Of a stretch of DNA of 64,000 nt, positions 30,809 to 39,800 are shown in pieces. The first letter of the stretch is position 1, and each line of letters opens with the position of its first letter. The notes under the pieces were generated by a model that was given only the letters and a program-made list of their open reading frames with translations, did no database searches and was not told where the DNA came from. This DNA comes from a virus. Made by a program: the position numbers and the translations under genes. The stretch is from the IMG/VR virus record IMGVR_UViG_3300017917_000321, positions 25,087 to 89,086 of that record; one strand, 5' to 3'.

Positions 30809-31380
30809 TAATAACAGGATCTAAAAAATCTAACACACCTGGACATGTAATGAATGGTTGGATGCATGATTATTTTGAAGATCATGAGATTATAACTATT
30901 TCTAAATCTAACGGTTATGACTTTTACACCGATTATGATAGGATATTAGAAGTAGCAAAGACGGCAGACATTTTCGTTAATAGTGCTGCCGTAGACAAAT
31001 TTCAAATTAAATTTTTTCAAGACTTATATGGTCATGTACCTAAGATAATTTCTTTAGGAAGTATTGCAGCAGATTTTAGCGATGCACTTAATGATTTTTA
31101 TCCAAAGATGAAAAAAGAGTTAAAGACAAAGCATAAGTTTTTACCTTTAACAAATCTTAATGTTTCTAGCGATATCTTGCATATTACTTTAACAGAGGTA
31201 GAAAATATAGAAGAACATATTCAGGGTATGACCTACAATCAACTTAAAAGAATTTTAGATTTTTGGTTTGAAAATCCTTTCTTCACTAATATAGATTTAA
31301 AATACTTCACAGAAACATACACTGACTCTGATAAGCTATCTAAAATACAGAGAGTGCTAGCACACTATGAAAATAAATAG
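30799..31380 (+). CDS. Short-chain dehydrogenase/reductase-like Rossmann protein (divergent)
   Basis: MRVVITG, DIFVNSA, IISLGS, YPKMK (YxxxK). Confidence 0.6.
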   Translation: MRVVITGSKKSNTPGHVMNGWMHDYFEDHEIITISKSNGYDFYTDYDRILEVAKTADIFVNSAAVDKFQIKFFQDLYGHVPKIISLGSIAADFSDALNDFYPKMKKELKTKHKFLPLTNLNVSSDILHITLTEVENIEEHIQGMTYNQLKRILDFWFENPFFTNIDLKYFTETYTDSDKLSKIQRVLAHYENK

Positions 31381-31828
31381 AATTTCTCAAGCAAACTTTA
31401 AATCCTTAATGGAGCAACAGAATATTACAGACCAAACCGTAGATAGCTCTAACGATTTCTATATCTGCTTAAATTCCACAGGATGGATACACAGTATCCC
31501 TTATTTTAAAGAAGAACACGCAAATGTAATCAATCTATATTTTGACGATGTTGAGTCATCAGGTCCAAAAGAGATACAATGGTTTGGCGGAGAAACAAAA
31601 ATCATTGATGCAATAGCAATGAACGAAAGTCAAGCAGAACAGCTAGTTAGGTTTATTTCTACAATACCTTCCGATGCTATTGTTTATATTTATTGTGCTA
31701 AAGGAAAGTCACGCTCGAGAGCTGTTGAAGATTTTATACTGAGCATTGAAACTAATATTGATACTATATCTGAAGGATCTAATCAACATGTTTATAAAAG
31801 TTTAAGAGAAGCCTATGCTAGACTTTAA
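31367..31828 (+). CDS. Protein tyrosine/dual-specificity phosphatase-like protein
   Basis: LYFDD general-acid loop and CAKGKSRS (CX5R) P-loop. Confidence 0.75.
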   Translation: MKINRISQANFKSLMEQQNITDQTVDSSNDFYICLNSTGWIHSIPYFKEEHANVINLYFDDVESSGPKEIQWFGGETKIIDAIAMNESQAEQLVRFISTIPSDAIVYIYCAKGKSRSRAVEDFILSIETNIDTISEGSNQHVYKSLREAYARL

Positions 31829-32996
31829 AATTAAAGAATTACCTAACATAAAGTTTTCACATACAGCACTACTCAATTATTATAATGAAGTAGTGCAAAA
31901 TTATCAACATCTAAAATGGACACCGGCAGGTATTGATACTTTAAATCACAAAGTTGGCGGAGTTTATAGTTGGGCAATACAAAGTAACTTAAAGGACCCT
32001 TCGAAGCCCTGTCCTCCTTACGACATTAAAAACGACGTTGACATACATCCTAACAATGATTTTAAAGTCCCAACAGAACTAATTTTTGGATTTGGAAAAA
32101 TAGTAGTTGAAGCGTTTCCTGAAGTTAGACAAACTGTTATAAGCGCACATCCTCCTGGAACAGTAATCGGTGAACACATAGATAATGATGAATTTGTAAA
32201 AATACATATACCTATTAAAGCTAATAATAACAGCTTCTTTGTATTTGGCGATGAGAAATACAATTTAGAAGAAGGCAAGGCGTATCTTATTAATACAACA
32301 CTACCTCATGGCACTACAAACGAAGGTGATACAGATAGAATACATTTAATTTTTAAATTTCCAATTGAACTAGTTGATACTGTATTATCTACTGATTGGA
32401 TACTTGATCCTAGCTTCATTGATTTTGATCTTTTAGAGATAAAAAATTTAGAGTTTGATTTTAACGAACTTGTTGATTACTATAATACAATTAAGCAAGA
32501 CTATCAATATCTTAAATGGACAATGCCAGACATTCCTAAAACAAACCTAGGTGGTCTTTACGGATTTGGAATTTTAACAAACAAAGACAATCCTGACGAC
32601 CCTACCGATCCTCCGGGAATACGTACGGATAAGAAAAAATTTGAACCTTTGATTAAACCTACAAAGATGCTAACAGGATTTGCTAAGAAGATCTACGAAA
32701 AGATTCCGTATCTAGAGGAATTGGTAATAACAGGTCATCCTGCTAACAGCGGTATCCCACCGCATATTGATAAGGATGAGCATATTCGTATACACTTACC
32801 TATTTTTGCTAATGACAGATCATATTTTATGATAAACGGAAATGAGTATGTGTTAGAGCCCACTAAGGTATATCTAGTTAACACAAAAAGGATACATACT
32901 ACTATAAACAGTGGAAATGAAGATAGAATACATCTACATTTTAAAATACCGATTGGTAAAATAGACTACTTTTTAAAGACCGGAGTAAAACTATGA
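31815..32996 (+). CDS. Tandem two-domain AspH-like 2OG-Fe(II) oxygenase
   Basis: Two complete repeats: GEHID..IHIPI..PHGTTN..RIHL and PPHID..IHLPI..IHTTIN..RIHL. Confidence 0.85.
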   Translation: MLDFKIKELPNIKFSHTALLNYYNEVVQNYQHLKWTPAGIDTLNHKVGGVYSWAIQSNLKDPSKPCPPYDIKNDVDIHPNNDFKVPTELIFGFGKIVVEAFPEVRQTVISAHPPGTVIGEHIDNDEFVKIHIPIKANNNSFFVFGDEKYNLEEGKAYLINTTLPHGTTNEGDTDRIHLIFKFPIELVDTVLSTDWILDPSFIDFDLLEIKNLEFDFNELVDYYNTIKQDYQYLKWTMPDIPKTNLGGLYGFGILTNKDNPDDPTDPPGIRTDKKKFEPLIKPTKMLTGFAKKIYEKIPYLEELVITGHPANSGIPPHIDKDEHIRIHLPIFANDRSYFMINGNEYVLEPTKVYLVNTKRIHTTINSGNEDRIHLHFKIPIGKIDYFLKTGVKL

Positions 32997-34231
32997 AAAT
33001 AGCAGTTGTTGGTGGTGGTACAGCAGGTTGGATGGCTGCTGCATATCTAAGTAAAACATTCGATGTTACGATTATCGAAAGTGCAGATATACCTATTGTG
33101 GGTGTAGGAGAAAGCACACTTCCTATTGTTAAGAAGTTTTGCGATGATTTAGGACTTGACGAAGCAGATTGGATGCCATTATGTCAAGCAGAATACAAGC
33201 TAGGTATTAGACATGAAGGTTGGAAAAAGGATCGAAAAGATCCTTGGTGGCATTGGTTCTTATATGACAGAAACAAAGATAGCGAAATGCTCAAGCACGT
33301 AGAAAATCATACAGTACCCCCTAGCGGTAGTTATGCTTATCACGTAGATGCTATGAAATTTGGTTCAGCAGTAATGAAGCCTGTTGCCCTTAAAAACGGA
33401 GCCAAACATTTAATAGATACTGTTGAAGATGTAGCGTTAAATGCTGATGGAGAGATTGACCATTTATTGTTAAAAAATAACGGTCCTAAATGTTTTGACC
33501 TTTATGTTGATGCAACAGGATTTGCAAAAGTTCTAGCAAAGAAAGTGGGAATAAACTATCTTCCATACGAACATTTAATCAATGACAGTGCTGTGGCCTG
33601 TCCTCAAGAACCTGCACCTATTCAGAATAGATACACTATTACTAGGACTATGAACCACGGTTGGATGTGGGAAATTGCACTACAGAATCGTAGAGGCGCA
33701 GGTTATGTTTTTAGCAGTAAACACTGTTCAGACGAAGAAGCGATTGAAGAATACCTACAGTATTTTCCAAACTCGGATAGATCGAAACTGCGTGTTATAA
33801 AATTCAAACCTGAGTATGCAGAAAATCCATTCTACAAAAATGTAGCAACAGTTGGTATGAGCTGCGGATTCATTGAACCTTTAGAAGCTAATAGTATATG
33901 GATGATATCTTATAATGTATTGGGACTTTATAGATGTTTAACAGAGGGAAAGTCTTTTGATACATTTAATAGAGCCTTTAGAAAAACCAGTTTTGAAATG
34001 TATGATTTTATCCTAAGTCATTATACACTGTCTGATAGAGATCATACAGACTACTGGAGATACTATAAGGATCTAGAACAGAAGATTAATACTAGAGATA
34101 GAGTTAAAGAAAAGAGTAAACTAATGGATGTAGAACTAGGAAGACATCCTGGGATATTCTATCCCTACAGTTGGTGGACTAAAGACAAATACTTTAATCA
34201 AGACGCCACGCTTTATACTCAGGAACATTAA
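32993..34231 (+). CDS. Tryptophan halogenase family flavin-dependent enzyme
   Basis: GGGTAGW, GVGEST, YKLGI (catalytic Lys position), YAYHVDA, DATGF, GWMWEI (WxWxI), GFIEPLEA. Confidence 0.85.
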   Translation: MKIAVVGGGTAGWMAAAYLSKTFDVTIIESADIPIVGVGESTLPIVKKFCDDLGLDEADWMPLCQAEYKLGIRHEGWKKDRKDPWWHWFLYDRNKDSEMLKHVENHTVPPSGSYAYHVDAMKFGSAVMKPVALKNGAKHLIDTVEDVALNADGEIDHLLLKNNGPKCFDLYVDATGFAKVLAKKVGINYLPYEHLINDSAVACPQEPAPIQNRYTITRTMNHGWMWEIALQNRRGAGYVFSSKHCSDEEAIEEYLQYFPNSDRSKLRVIKFKPEYAENPFYKNVATVGMSCGFIEPLEANSIWMISYNVLGLYRCLTEGKSFDTFNRAFRKTSFEMYDFILSHYTLSDRDHTDYWRYYKDLEQKINTRDRVKEKSKLMDVELGRHPGIFYPYSWWTKDKYFNQDATLYTQEH

Positions 34232-34754
34232 CACGCCATAGCTTTTGCTTGGTGTACATGTACTCAAAGTTGTCATCGACTAGCGTAAAGATTCCAGTCC
34301 TAGCTACCCTAGGAACCATGTTTTCATTCATGCGTTGACTCTTGCCGTTGGTTGATGACTTTTCTATATTAGTTGTGAAATAAAATTCAGCAACTGGATT
34401 AATATTAGTAATAAAATCAATCTGCATATTTAGAACTTCCATTAGCTGATAGCTGGCTCTAAAACTATGCTGACCAGTGGTGTATCCTGGTAGCGTTGCT
34501 CCTCTATAGAATACTCTATATGCATTTGTATTCAGTTCTTTCATAGAATGAACACCGCATAAATTAAAAATAATATCTTTGTCTACATCGTACCCTACAA
34601 AAAACTGTCCATGAGGCATCTTCATTTTTTCTAAATTTATTGCCTTAAATGAACTGTTATTATAGTAACCTAATGAGTCGCATCTATTACAAAAATCTTG
34701 CAACTTATTATGATCACTATCTTGGAGGAGTCTAAACAGAATATTAGAATTCAT
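34194..34754 (-). CDS. GNAT-like acyltransferase (tentative)
   Basis: Start MNSNILFRLL overlapping the upstream stop; FFVG..IFNLCGV..YRVFYRGATLPGY strand-loop pattern. Confidence 0.45.
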   Translation of the reverse strand: MNSNILFRLLQDSDHNKLQDFCNRCDSLGYYNNSSFKAINLEKMKMPHGQFFVGYDVDKDIIFNLCGVHSMKELNTNAYRVFYRGATLPGYTTGQHSFRASYQLMEVLNMQIDFITNINPVAEFYFTTNIEKSSTNGKSQRMNENMVPRVARTGIFTLVDDNFEYMYTKQKLWRVNVPEYKAWRLD

Positions 34755-35415
34755 TCTTCCATGTTGTTCTATTTGCTTCTTGTCTTCTACCATAAAACTC
34801 TAACGTATTCATGTCAAAAATATCACCAGTTGATCGACCATTGATAATGCATTCGGCTAATTGAGATGTAGCACTAACAGGCATAAACATTATGTGCTCA
34901 TCTTTAGCCAGTGTAGACATGTCAAACTTTGTTGAATTGTATCCTACTAGTATAGGAGGAGGGTACTCGGTCATACCATACCAATTAGCAACTATCTGTA
35001 CACCGTGATTTCTAAATGTGTCAATAAACTCCTGAGTAATTTTATTACTACCTGTGACCATGTATCTTACACAGCTCATGTCTAACTGTGCAAATCCTTT
35101 GGTCTTTTTTAGTAATTCAAAGTGTCTCGGTATAAGACTAATAAAAGTAGGCTGTACTTCTTTAAACAGTTCAATGTATGAGTACGCATTAAATGCAGCA
35201 GTGCATAGGTGTGCGCCACTTAGCATTGCTGGATAAGCAGTTATTGTATAGTGTGCTATGGTGTTAGATGGAAACACATCTAACACTCTATCCTCTGGTC
35301 CTAGTTTGCTTTCTTTAATAGAGCGTAATGCGTAGGACTTCATTCTTTCCCAACTGTGGTTTACCTTTTTAGGTTCATCTGTACTGCCTGACGTGAATAG
35401 AGTAATACCGCTCAT
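34744..35415 (-). CDS. Truncated AMP-dependent synthetase/ligase (ANL adenylation core)
   Basis: LFTSGSTDEPKKV P-loop, WYGMTE, STGD, YGR; only 223 aa. Confidence 0.8.
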   Translation of the reverse strand: MSGITLFTSGSTDEPKKVNHSWERMKSYALRSIKESKLGPEDRVLDVFPSNTIAHYTITAYPAMLSGAHLCTAAFNAYSYIELFKEVQPTFISLIPRHFELLKKTKGFAQLDMSCVRYMVTGSNKITQEFIDTFRNHGVQIVANWYGMTEYPPPILVGYNSTKFDMSTLAKDEHIMFMPVSATSQLAECIINGRSTGDIFDMNTLEFYGRRQEANRTTWKNEF

Positions 35416-36236
35416 TACAAATCCTTTAGTATTTCGTTAGCTGTGTGTAAATGCACACCTGTGCCAGGATGGGCAGAGATGTTATTATTTTGTTTCATTA
35501 CATCACGGGCGTAACGTTCGCTAACATTATATATGTTTAAGCTGTCCATGTCAATGCTTTTAAGGTTGAAATCCTGTACAAATTTGTCGTCTGGATAATA
35601 GGATAGTTCAATTAATTTACAGCCTAGGCTTTTACAAAACTCTCTAAGCATTGTTGAATAACACTGTGCTTCTTTTAGCAAAAAGTCTGTGTTCGTTAAT
35701 AAATTGTATGCATCAATATACGTTGGATACTCAAGTGGAATATGTTTTCCCGAGAATGTTAGAGATTTGTCATTATCAAAAAATGTATATCCATGAATTG
35801 GGGGGTATTCAAAAATGCATATTTTTGGAGTAGTAAATTTTTTTATGTAATTAAAAAATGAATACACCTGTAGTTTAATACTAAAGGTAGGTCCTGCATA
35901 GTTAATGTAATCAAAATTTAAACGATCTGCAATGATATCAGAAAATCTTTTTTCTTCTGGTATGCCTATCCCCATGGCATAACTAGTACCTGACACATAG
36001 ACAAGGTTTGATGATAACGTGTCTAACTCTTTAGTCATACGCAATCCGTGAGAATTAAAATTATATACAACCGGAGTATCTTTATACATCCAATCATCAG
36101 GCATATATTTTAGATTTCTTTCAAACAGATCTTCTCTATCAGGACCGTAAAACCGGTAAGACCCCGGCTTCATGCTGTCATGAGTATACGGCCAATCCTG
36201 AACGTTGTATAGTTGTACTGTGTTTAACTTAGACAT
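35415..36236 (-). CDS. SGNH hydrolase-like protein
   Basis: YNFNSHGLR, GTSYAMG.G, ARD..AHPG..H. Confidence 0.65.
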   Translation of the reverse strand: MSKLNTVQLYNVQDWPYTHDSMKPGSYRFYGPDREDLFERNLKYMPDDWMYKDTPVVYNFNSHGLRMTKELDTLSSNLVYVSGTSYAMGIGIPEEKRFSDIIADRLNFDYINYAGPTFSIKLQVYSFFNYIKKFTTPKICIFEYPPIHGYTFFDNDKSLTFSGKHIPLEYPTYIDAYNLLTNTDFLLKEAQCYSTMLREFCKSLGCKLIELSYYPDDKFVQDFNLKSIDMDSLNIYNVSERYARDVMKQNNNISAHPGTGVHLHTANEILKDL

Positions 36237-36960
36237 CGGTTGGCTTGAATTTAAAGAGAGACTCTAAATCTTCCTTTTTAGGAGTTCCGTAAAGTATTAC
36301 CCAATCATCTCCTTCGTGATTAATAACAGAATGAAATACTGCTGTGTTTACAAGATATACTTTTCCAGGTTGTAGTATGTATTCTCTTTCAGCAGTATGA
36401 CCAAAATACCATACGCAGTTTTCATGTATCTGAAGGTTCATGTGCATGCGAGCAATAACATTAGGATAAGGCACGTCTACATGTAAGTGCAGTCCTGATC
36501 CTTCTGGTATAACTGTTACTCGCATGTTTAGTAGATACTGTGCTGCCTTGTTGTATAGCTTTTCAAATGCACCAAATTTATACTTTGATAAAATTGGATT
36601 AGATTGATCGCTAAAATTAGGATCACCAATTTCTGGATACAACTCTTTATTTGCTATGAAACTAAAAGGAAGAGGGTCGTAGCGTTCTTTTGACCAATTT
36701 AACAACCACCAATAAGTGGGGTTACCGCTATCGAATGATGGATCGGCAGCTTGCCATCGCCTCACCATATTCGAATCATAATATTTTTCGTATTCCTTAC
36801 TTACTACAAATTTAGCTGATTGTAAATTGAGTTTGACCTGTTGGTACCATTCTAACAGACCTGTGTGATCTACGCTAAAAGGCAACTCGATAATATCCCA
36901 ATCTATATTTTGCAGATCGGAAGTCTTTAAATTTTCAATGTCTGTTATATATCGCTGCAT
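36229..36960 (-). CDS. AspH-like 2OG-Fe(II) oxygenase
   Basis: Start MQRYIT; GLHLHVD, RMHMNL, PGKVYLVNTAVFHSVIN. Confidence 0.8.
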   Translation of the reverse strand: MQRYITDIENLKTSDLQNIDWDIIELPFSVDHTGLLEWYQQVKLNLQSAKFVVSKEYEKYYDSNMVRRWQAADPSFDSGNPTYWWLLNWSKERYDPLPFSFIANKELYPEIGDPNFSDQSNPILSKYKFGAFEKLYNKAAQYLLNMRVTVIPEGSGLHLHVDVPYPNVIARMHMNLQIHENCVWYFGHTAEREYILQPGKVYLVNTAVFHSVINHEGDDWVILYGTPKKEDLESLFKFKPTDV

Positions 36961-36964
36961 GCAG

Positions 36965-36970
36965 TATTTA
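36965..36970 (-). promoter_or_regulatory. TAAATA late-promoter-like motif 4 nt before an ATG (possibly leaderless)
   Basis: - strand reads tTAAATActgcATG, directly after a terminator. Confidence 0.45.
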
Positions 36971-36976
36971 ACAGTC

Positions 36977-37009
36977 AAAAAAAATGGCCTAACTAAATTA
37001 GGCCATTTT
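36977..37009 (-). terminator. Rho-independent terminator after the fibre gene
   Basis: 12-bp inverted repeat AAAATGGCCTAA-ctaaa-TTAGGCCATTTT ending in a U8 tract on the - strand. Confidence 0.85.
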
Positions 37010-37026
37010 CGTATTAGTTATAATTA

Positions 37027-38262
37027 TTATCCTAGTACAACCCAAGCTGTACCATTGTAACCTTTAAATTCGTTAGTTGTGCTATCAAAGACAATCCAAC
37101 CTGCTTCCGGACTTGATGGCAAACTACCTGTTGCGTATCCAGTTGCTTTAAATACTGGAGCAGTAAATACACCGGCTGTGCTAAATGTTGCCTTCTTAAA
37201 TGCTGCTGGATTTGGTCCATTTGGCATAGTTAGTTCCATAAGTGACTGAGGTGCAGTTGATACACCGTCACTTGGAGTTACTAGTTTAACATTGATAAGA
37301 CCTAGTGTAGCAGATATAGTTCCTACTGGGGTAAGTGCTAGACCGTTGAATCTTATATTACCTGCACTATCTCCTGAATCAAGAGCAACAGTACTAACTG
37401 TGCTGCTTGAAATAGCATTTAATACTAAGTGAGGACCATTTTGTCCGTTACTAGAAGAATCAATTCTAATGCCAGGATCTGTATAAGGATTGACACATAC
37501 TAGTGCTGGACCAACCGGTCCACCTATACCATTAATTTCGACACTACCTAATGAACTAGTAATAGTATCATTAACAATTGAAATTACTCCATTGGAAAGA
37601 ATTCTATTAGTTCCGTCAACTAAAATAGTACTATCTTCACCTGCTACAGAACCTTTAAATGTTCCGTAGTGCTCGTCATTATTGCCATTGACTAAAAGTC
37701 TGCCATGTATTGACGAAATATTACCTGTTACATTGCCTGTTACATTGCCTGTTACATTGCCTGTTACATTACCAGTTACATTACCAGTTAAGTTGCCAGT
37801 GACATTGCCACTAACATCACCAGTTACATTACCAGTTAGATCTCCAAAGAAATCTGCATACATGCGTTGATTATAACTGTCAACAAGTATAGCAACACCG
37901 TCTGGTGTCCTAACTGATCCTAAAAATACTCTGGTATCACTATTTAGAACAGGATCACCGACAGAGTCTTCAAGATCTATATAATAGCTGCCGCCGGGTG
38001 TTGTTGGTGATGATTCTGGCGAAGCAATCCAGTCAGTACCGTCATAACGTAGAACATCACCTTCTTGCGGTGTAAGTGTTAGATCAACATCGGAAAGATC
38101 GTCTAGTCCGTACACAGCTCCTGTGTTAACTAGTATTCCGCCTATAGTAGTACCGTCACCAATCCATAAACGTTTGGTATCAGTTGTGTAGATAAGCTCG
38201 CCTTCAGCAGGCGTTATCAGCTGGCGCTGTGTATCTGTTCCGCGTCTAAGACGTAATGCCAT
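37027..38262 (-). CDS. Tail/head fibre-like virion protein with Mtd_N-type N-terminal domain
   Basis: MALRLRRGT..PAEGELIYTTDTKRLWIGDG; LDDLSDV..GDVLRYDG..W; G[ND]x[TS] repeats; C-terminal PEAGWIVFDSTTNEFKGYNGTAW. Confidence 0.8.
   Translation of the reverse strand: MALRLRRGTDTQRQLITPAEGELIYTTDTKRLWIGDGTTIGGILVNTGAVYGLDDLSDVDLTLTPQEGDVLRYDGTDWIASPESSPTTPGGSYYIDLEDSVGDPVLNSDTRVFLGSVRTPDGVAILVDSYNQRMYADFFGDLTGNVTGDVSGNVTGNLTGNVTGNVTGNVTGNVTGNVTGNISSIHGRLLVNGNNDEHYGTFKGSVAGEDSTILVDGTNRILSNGVISIVNDTITSSLGSVEINGIGGPVGPALVCVNPYTDPGIRIDSSSNGQNGPHLVLNAISSSTVSTVALDSGDSAGNIRFNGLALTPVGTISATLGLINVKLVTPSDGVSTAPQSLMELTMPNGPNPAAFKKATFSTAGVFTAPVFKATGYATGSLPSSPEAGWIVFDSTTNEFKGYNGTAWVVLG
37714..37845 (-). repeat. 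11 x 12-bp in-frame repeat encoding G-[ND]-[VLI]-[TS]
   Basis: GDLT GNVT GDVS GNVT GNLT GNVT GNVT GNVT GNVT GNVT GNIS. Confidence 0.95.
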
Positions 38263-38293
38263 TCGAGTAACTCCCAATATACTTTATTACAAG

Positions 38294-38300
38294 TATTTAT
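38294..38300 (-). promoter_or_regulatory. ATAAATA late-promoter-like motif upstream of the fibre gene
   Basis: - strand cATAAATActt, then GGGAG RBS and ATG 38262. Confidence 0.55.
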
Positions 38301-38313
38301 GCCTTTTAGGCAT

Positions 38314-38625
38314 TTACTTAGGGCGTTTCATAAAGCGTTTTGTACGCTCTTGTACGTCTTTTTTGACCTTTTGCGTATTAAGATTAAAGTCCACGCTCTC
38401 AATAAGTTCGTCGTGTTCTTTGAAGAATTCGTCTAGAATTTCTTCTACAGCTTCTAACGTAGTACCGCGGCGTCTACGCAGATCAATATTCCACTGTCTA
38501 CCGTCTTTAAAATGTACGTTTACACCCTGCAAATACTCAATAGGTATAGCTTTAATTTCTACATCTTCAAATATTTCGGGCCAGTGATCAATAATTTCTT
38601 GCGGTAATTTGTTGTTTTTAGGCAC
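38314..38625 (-). CDS. Hypothetical protein
   Basis: ORF translationally coupled to its neighbour. Confidence 0.7.
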   Translation of the reverse strand: MPKNNKLPQEIIDHWPEIFEDVEIKAIPIEYLQGVNVHFKDGRQWNIDLRRRRGTTLEAVEEILDEFFKEHDELIESVDFNLNTQKVKKDVQERTKRFMKRPK

Positions 38626-39223
38626 TTGGTTCAGATGACTTTTTCTTGGTAGGAGATAGCTTTTCAGCTTCTTCTCTTAGACGCTTGGCTTCTTTATAGA
38701 GCCTATCAGCATCACTACGATATTTAGCCGCAAGGGCATCATCTGAAAGTGGTTGTTCGTTACTTGCAAATGCTTCAAAAGTTTCTGGAGTAGCAGCCGC
38801 AACTGGAGCAGCTTTTGGTGCTTCATTAACATTAGCTGGCTTTACTGCTAGATCAGCTACCGAAACACCTTTTTGCTGAGCAACCATCTCATTTAGTTCT
38901 TTAAGAGAAATGGTAGTCTGCATGTTTGGAGTCATTTCAACCATGCTGGTATTGATTTTAATCATCTTACCTGTAGCATGAAACGCGGCTAACATAATGC
39001 GTCCATCGGGCAGTCTAGATCTTGCCATGGCATCTGCTAGCTCATTGGCCTGCTGTCCAGCATCGGATTCGACCAGCTTCATTAGAGCGTCGTGTTCGTC
39101 TGCCATTAAGTTTTCAGTAGTAACTACAATACAATTTTCTGGATCGTTTGGTACTACACGATACGCTACAATGACCTTACGTTTTGTTGTAGCAATGCGT
39201 CCTACGTGTTTGATATTAGCCAT
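38618..39223 (-). CDS. Hypothetical phage protein
   Basis: AAGGA RBS, 201-aa ORF with C-terminal coiled coil. Confidence 0.75.
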   Translation of the reverse strand: MANIKHVGRIATTKRKVIVAYRVVPNDPENCIVVTTENLMADEHDALMKLVESDAGQQANELADAMARSRLPDGRIMLAAFHATGKMIKINTSMVEMTPNMQTTISLKELNEMVAQQKGVSVADLAVKPANVNEAPKAAPVAAATPETFEAFASNEQPLSDDALAAKYRSDADRLYKEAKRLREEAEKLSPTKKKSSEPSA

Positions 39224-39236
39224 TTTATTTTTCCTT

Positions 39237-39470
39237 TTAGTTAGCTTGTGGTGCAGCCACTGCCTTGAGGAAAGTGTCTAGCTTAGTATAGACAGTTCCA
39301 ACAGCAGTCATCTCGTTTGGTTTAAAAGCACCCCGAGAGCTTGCTACATCTATGATGCTTCTTAATGCTTGAAGATCCTGTACAGTCAAGTCCGGACCCT
39401 GTTCTTGCTTTGCTTGAGAAGCAGGTGCTTCGTTCTTCTGTGCAGTTTCGTTCTTTTGTTCTTCGCTCAT
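39237..39470 (-). CDS. Hypothetical phage protein
   Basis: AGGAG RBS; LTVQDL..IIDVASSRGAFKPNEM. Confidence 0.75.
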   Translation of the reverse strand: MSEEQKNETAQKNEAPASQAKQEQGPDLTVQDLQALRSIIDVASSRGAFKPNEMTAVGTVYTKLDTFLKAVAAPQAN

Positions 39471-39506
39471 ATGAATCTCCTATACTATTATATATGCGCA
39501 GTTTAT

Positions 39507-39800
39507 TTATTTGTACTTCAAATGTGGACAGGCTAACATGAAATAGGACAGCTCTTTTGGCTCTTCAAATCCGATTCTTAAAGAGTAGTTTAATTTATTA
39601 TCGCTGTCTATGATAGCATTACGACCGATATAGTACTTGCTCTTTAGATTAGATTCTATCCATTTCTCTAGAGCATCTTTCATGTTATAGGGCAATACAA
39701 GATCCGCATATTCAAAGTGGATAGGAGGGACTATAGCCCTCCTAATCCCAAACACGTCTAACGGATTTACTGTGAGTGTCTTATGCATTAGCCTCTTCAT
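39507..39800 (-). CDS. Hypothetical protein
   Basis: ORF; IGFEEPKELSYFML C-terminus. Confidence 0.65.
   Translation of the reverse strand: MKRLMHKTLTVNPLDVFGIRRAIVPPIHFEYADLVLPYNMKDALEKWIESNLKSKYYIGRNAIIDSDNKLNYSLRIGFEEPKELSYFMLACPHLKYK

Noticed and set aside
1-36960. Bacterial O-antigen/capsule locus or classical RiPP/NRPS cluster
   Set aside because: No flippase, polymerase, ABC exporter, carrier protein, RRE or leader peptidase; contiguous with T4-like phage genes and phage-type promoter motifs
37714-37845. CRISPR array or DGR variable repeat
   Set aside because: Contiguous in-frame 12-bp coding units with no spacers; no template repeat or reverse transcriptase in the window despite the Mtd_N-like domain
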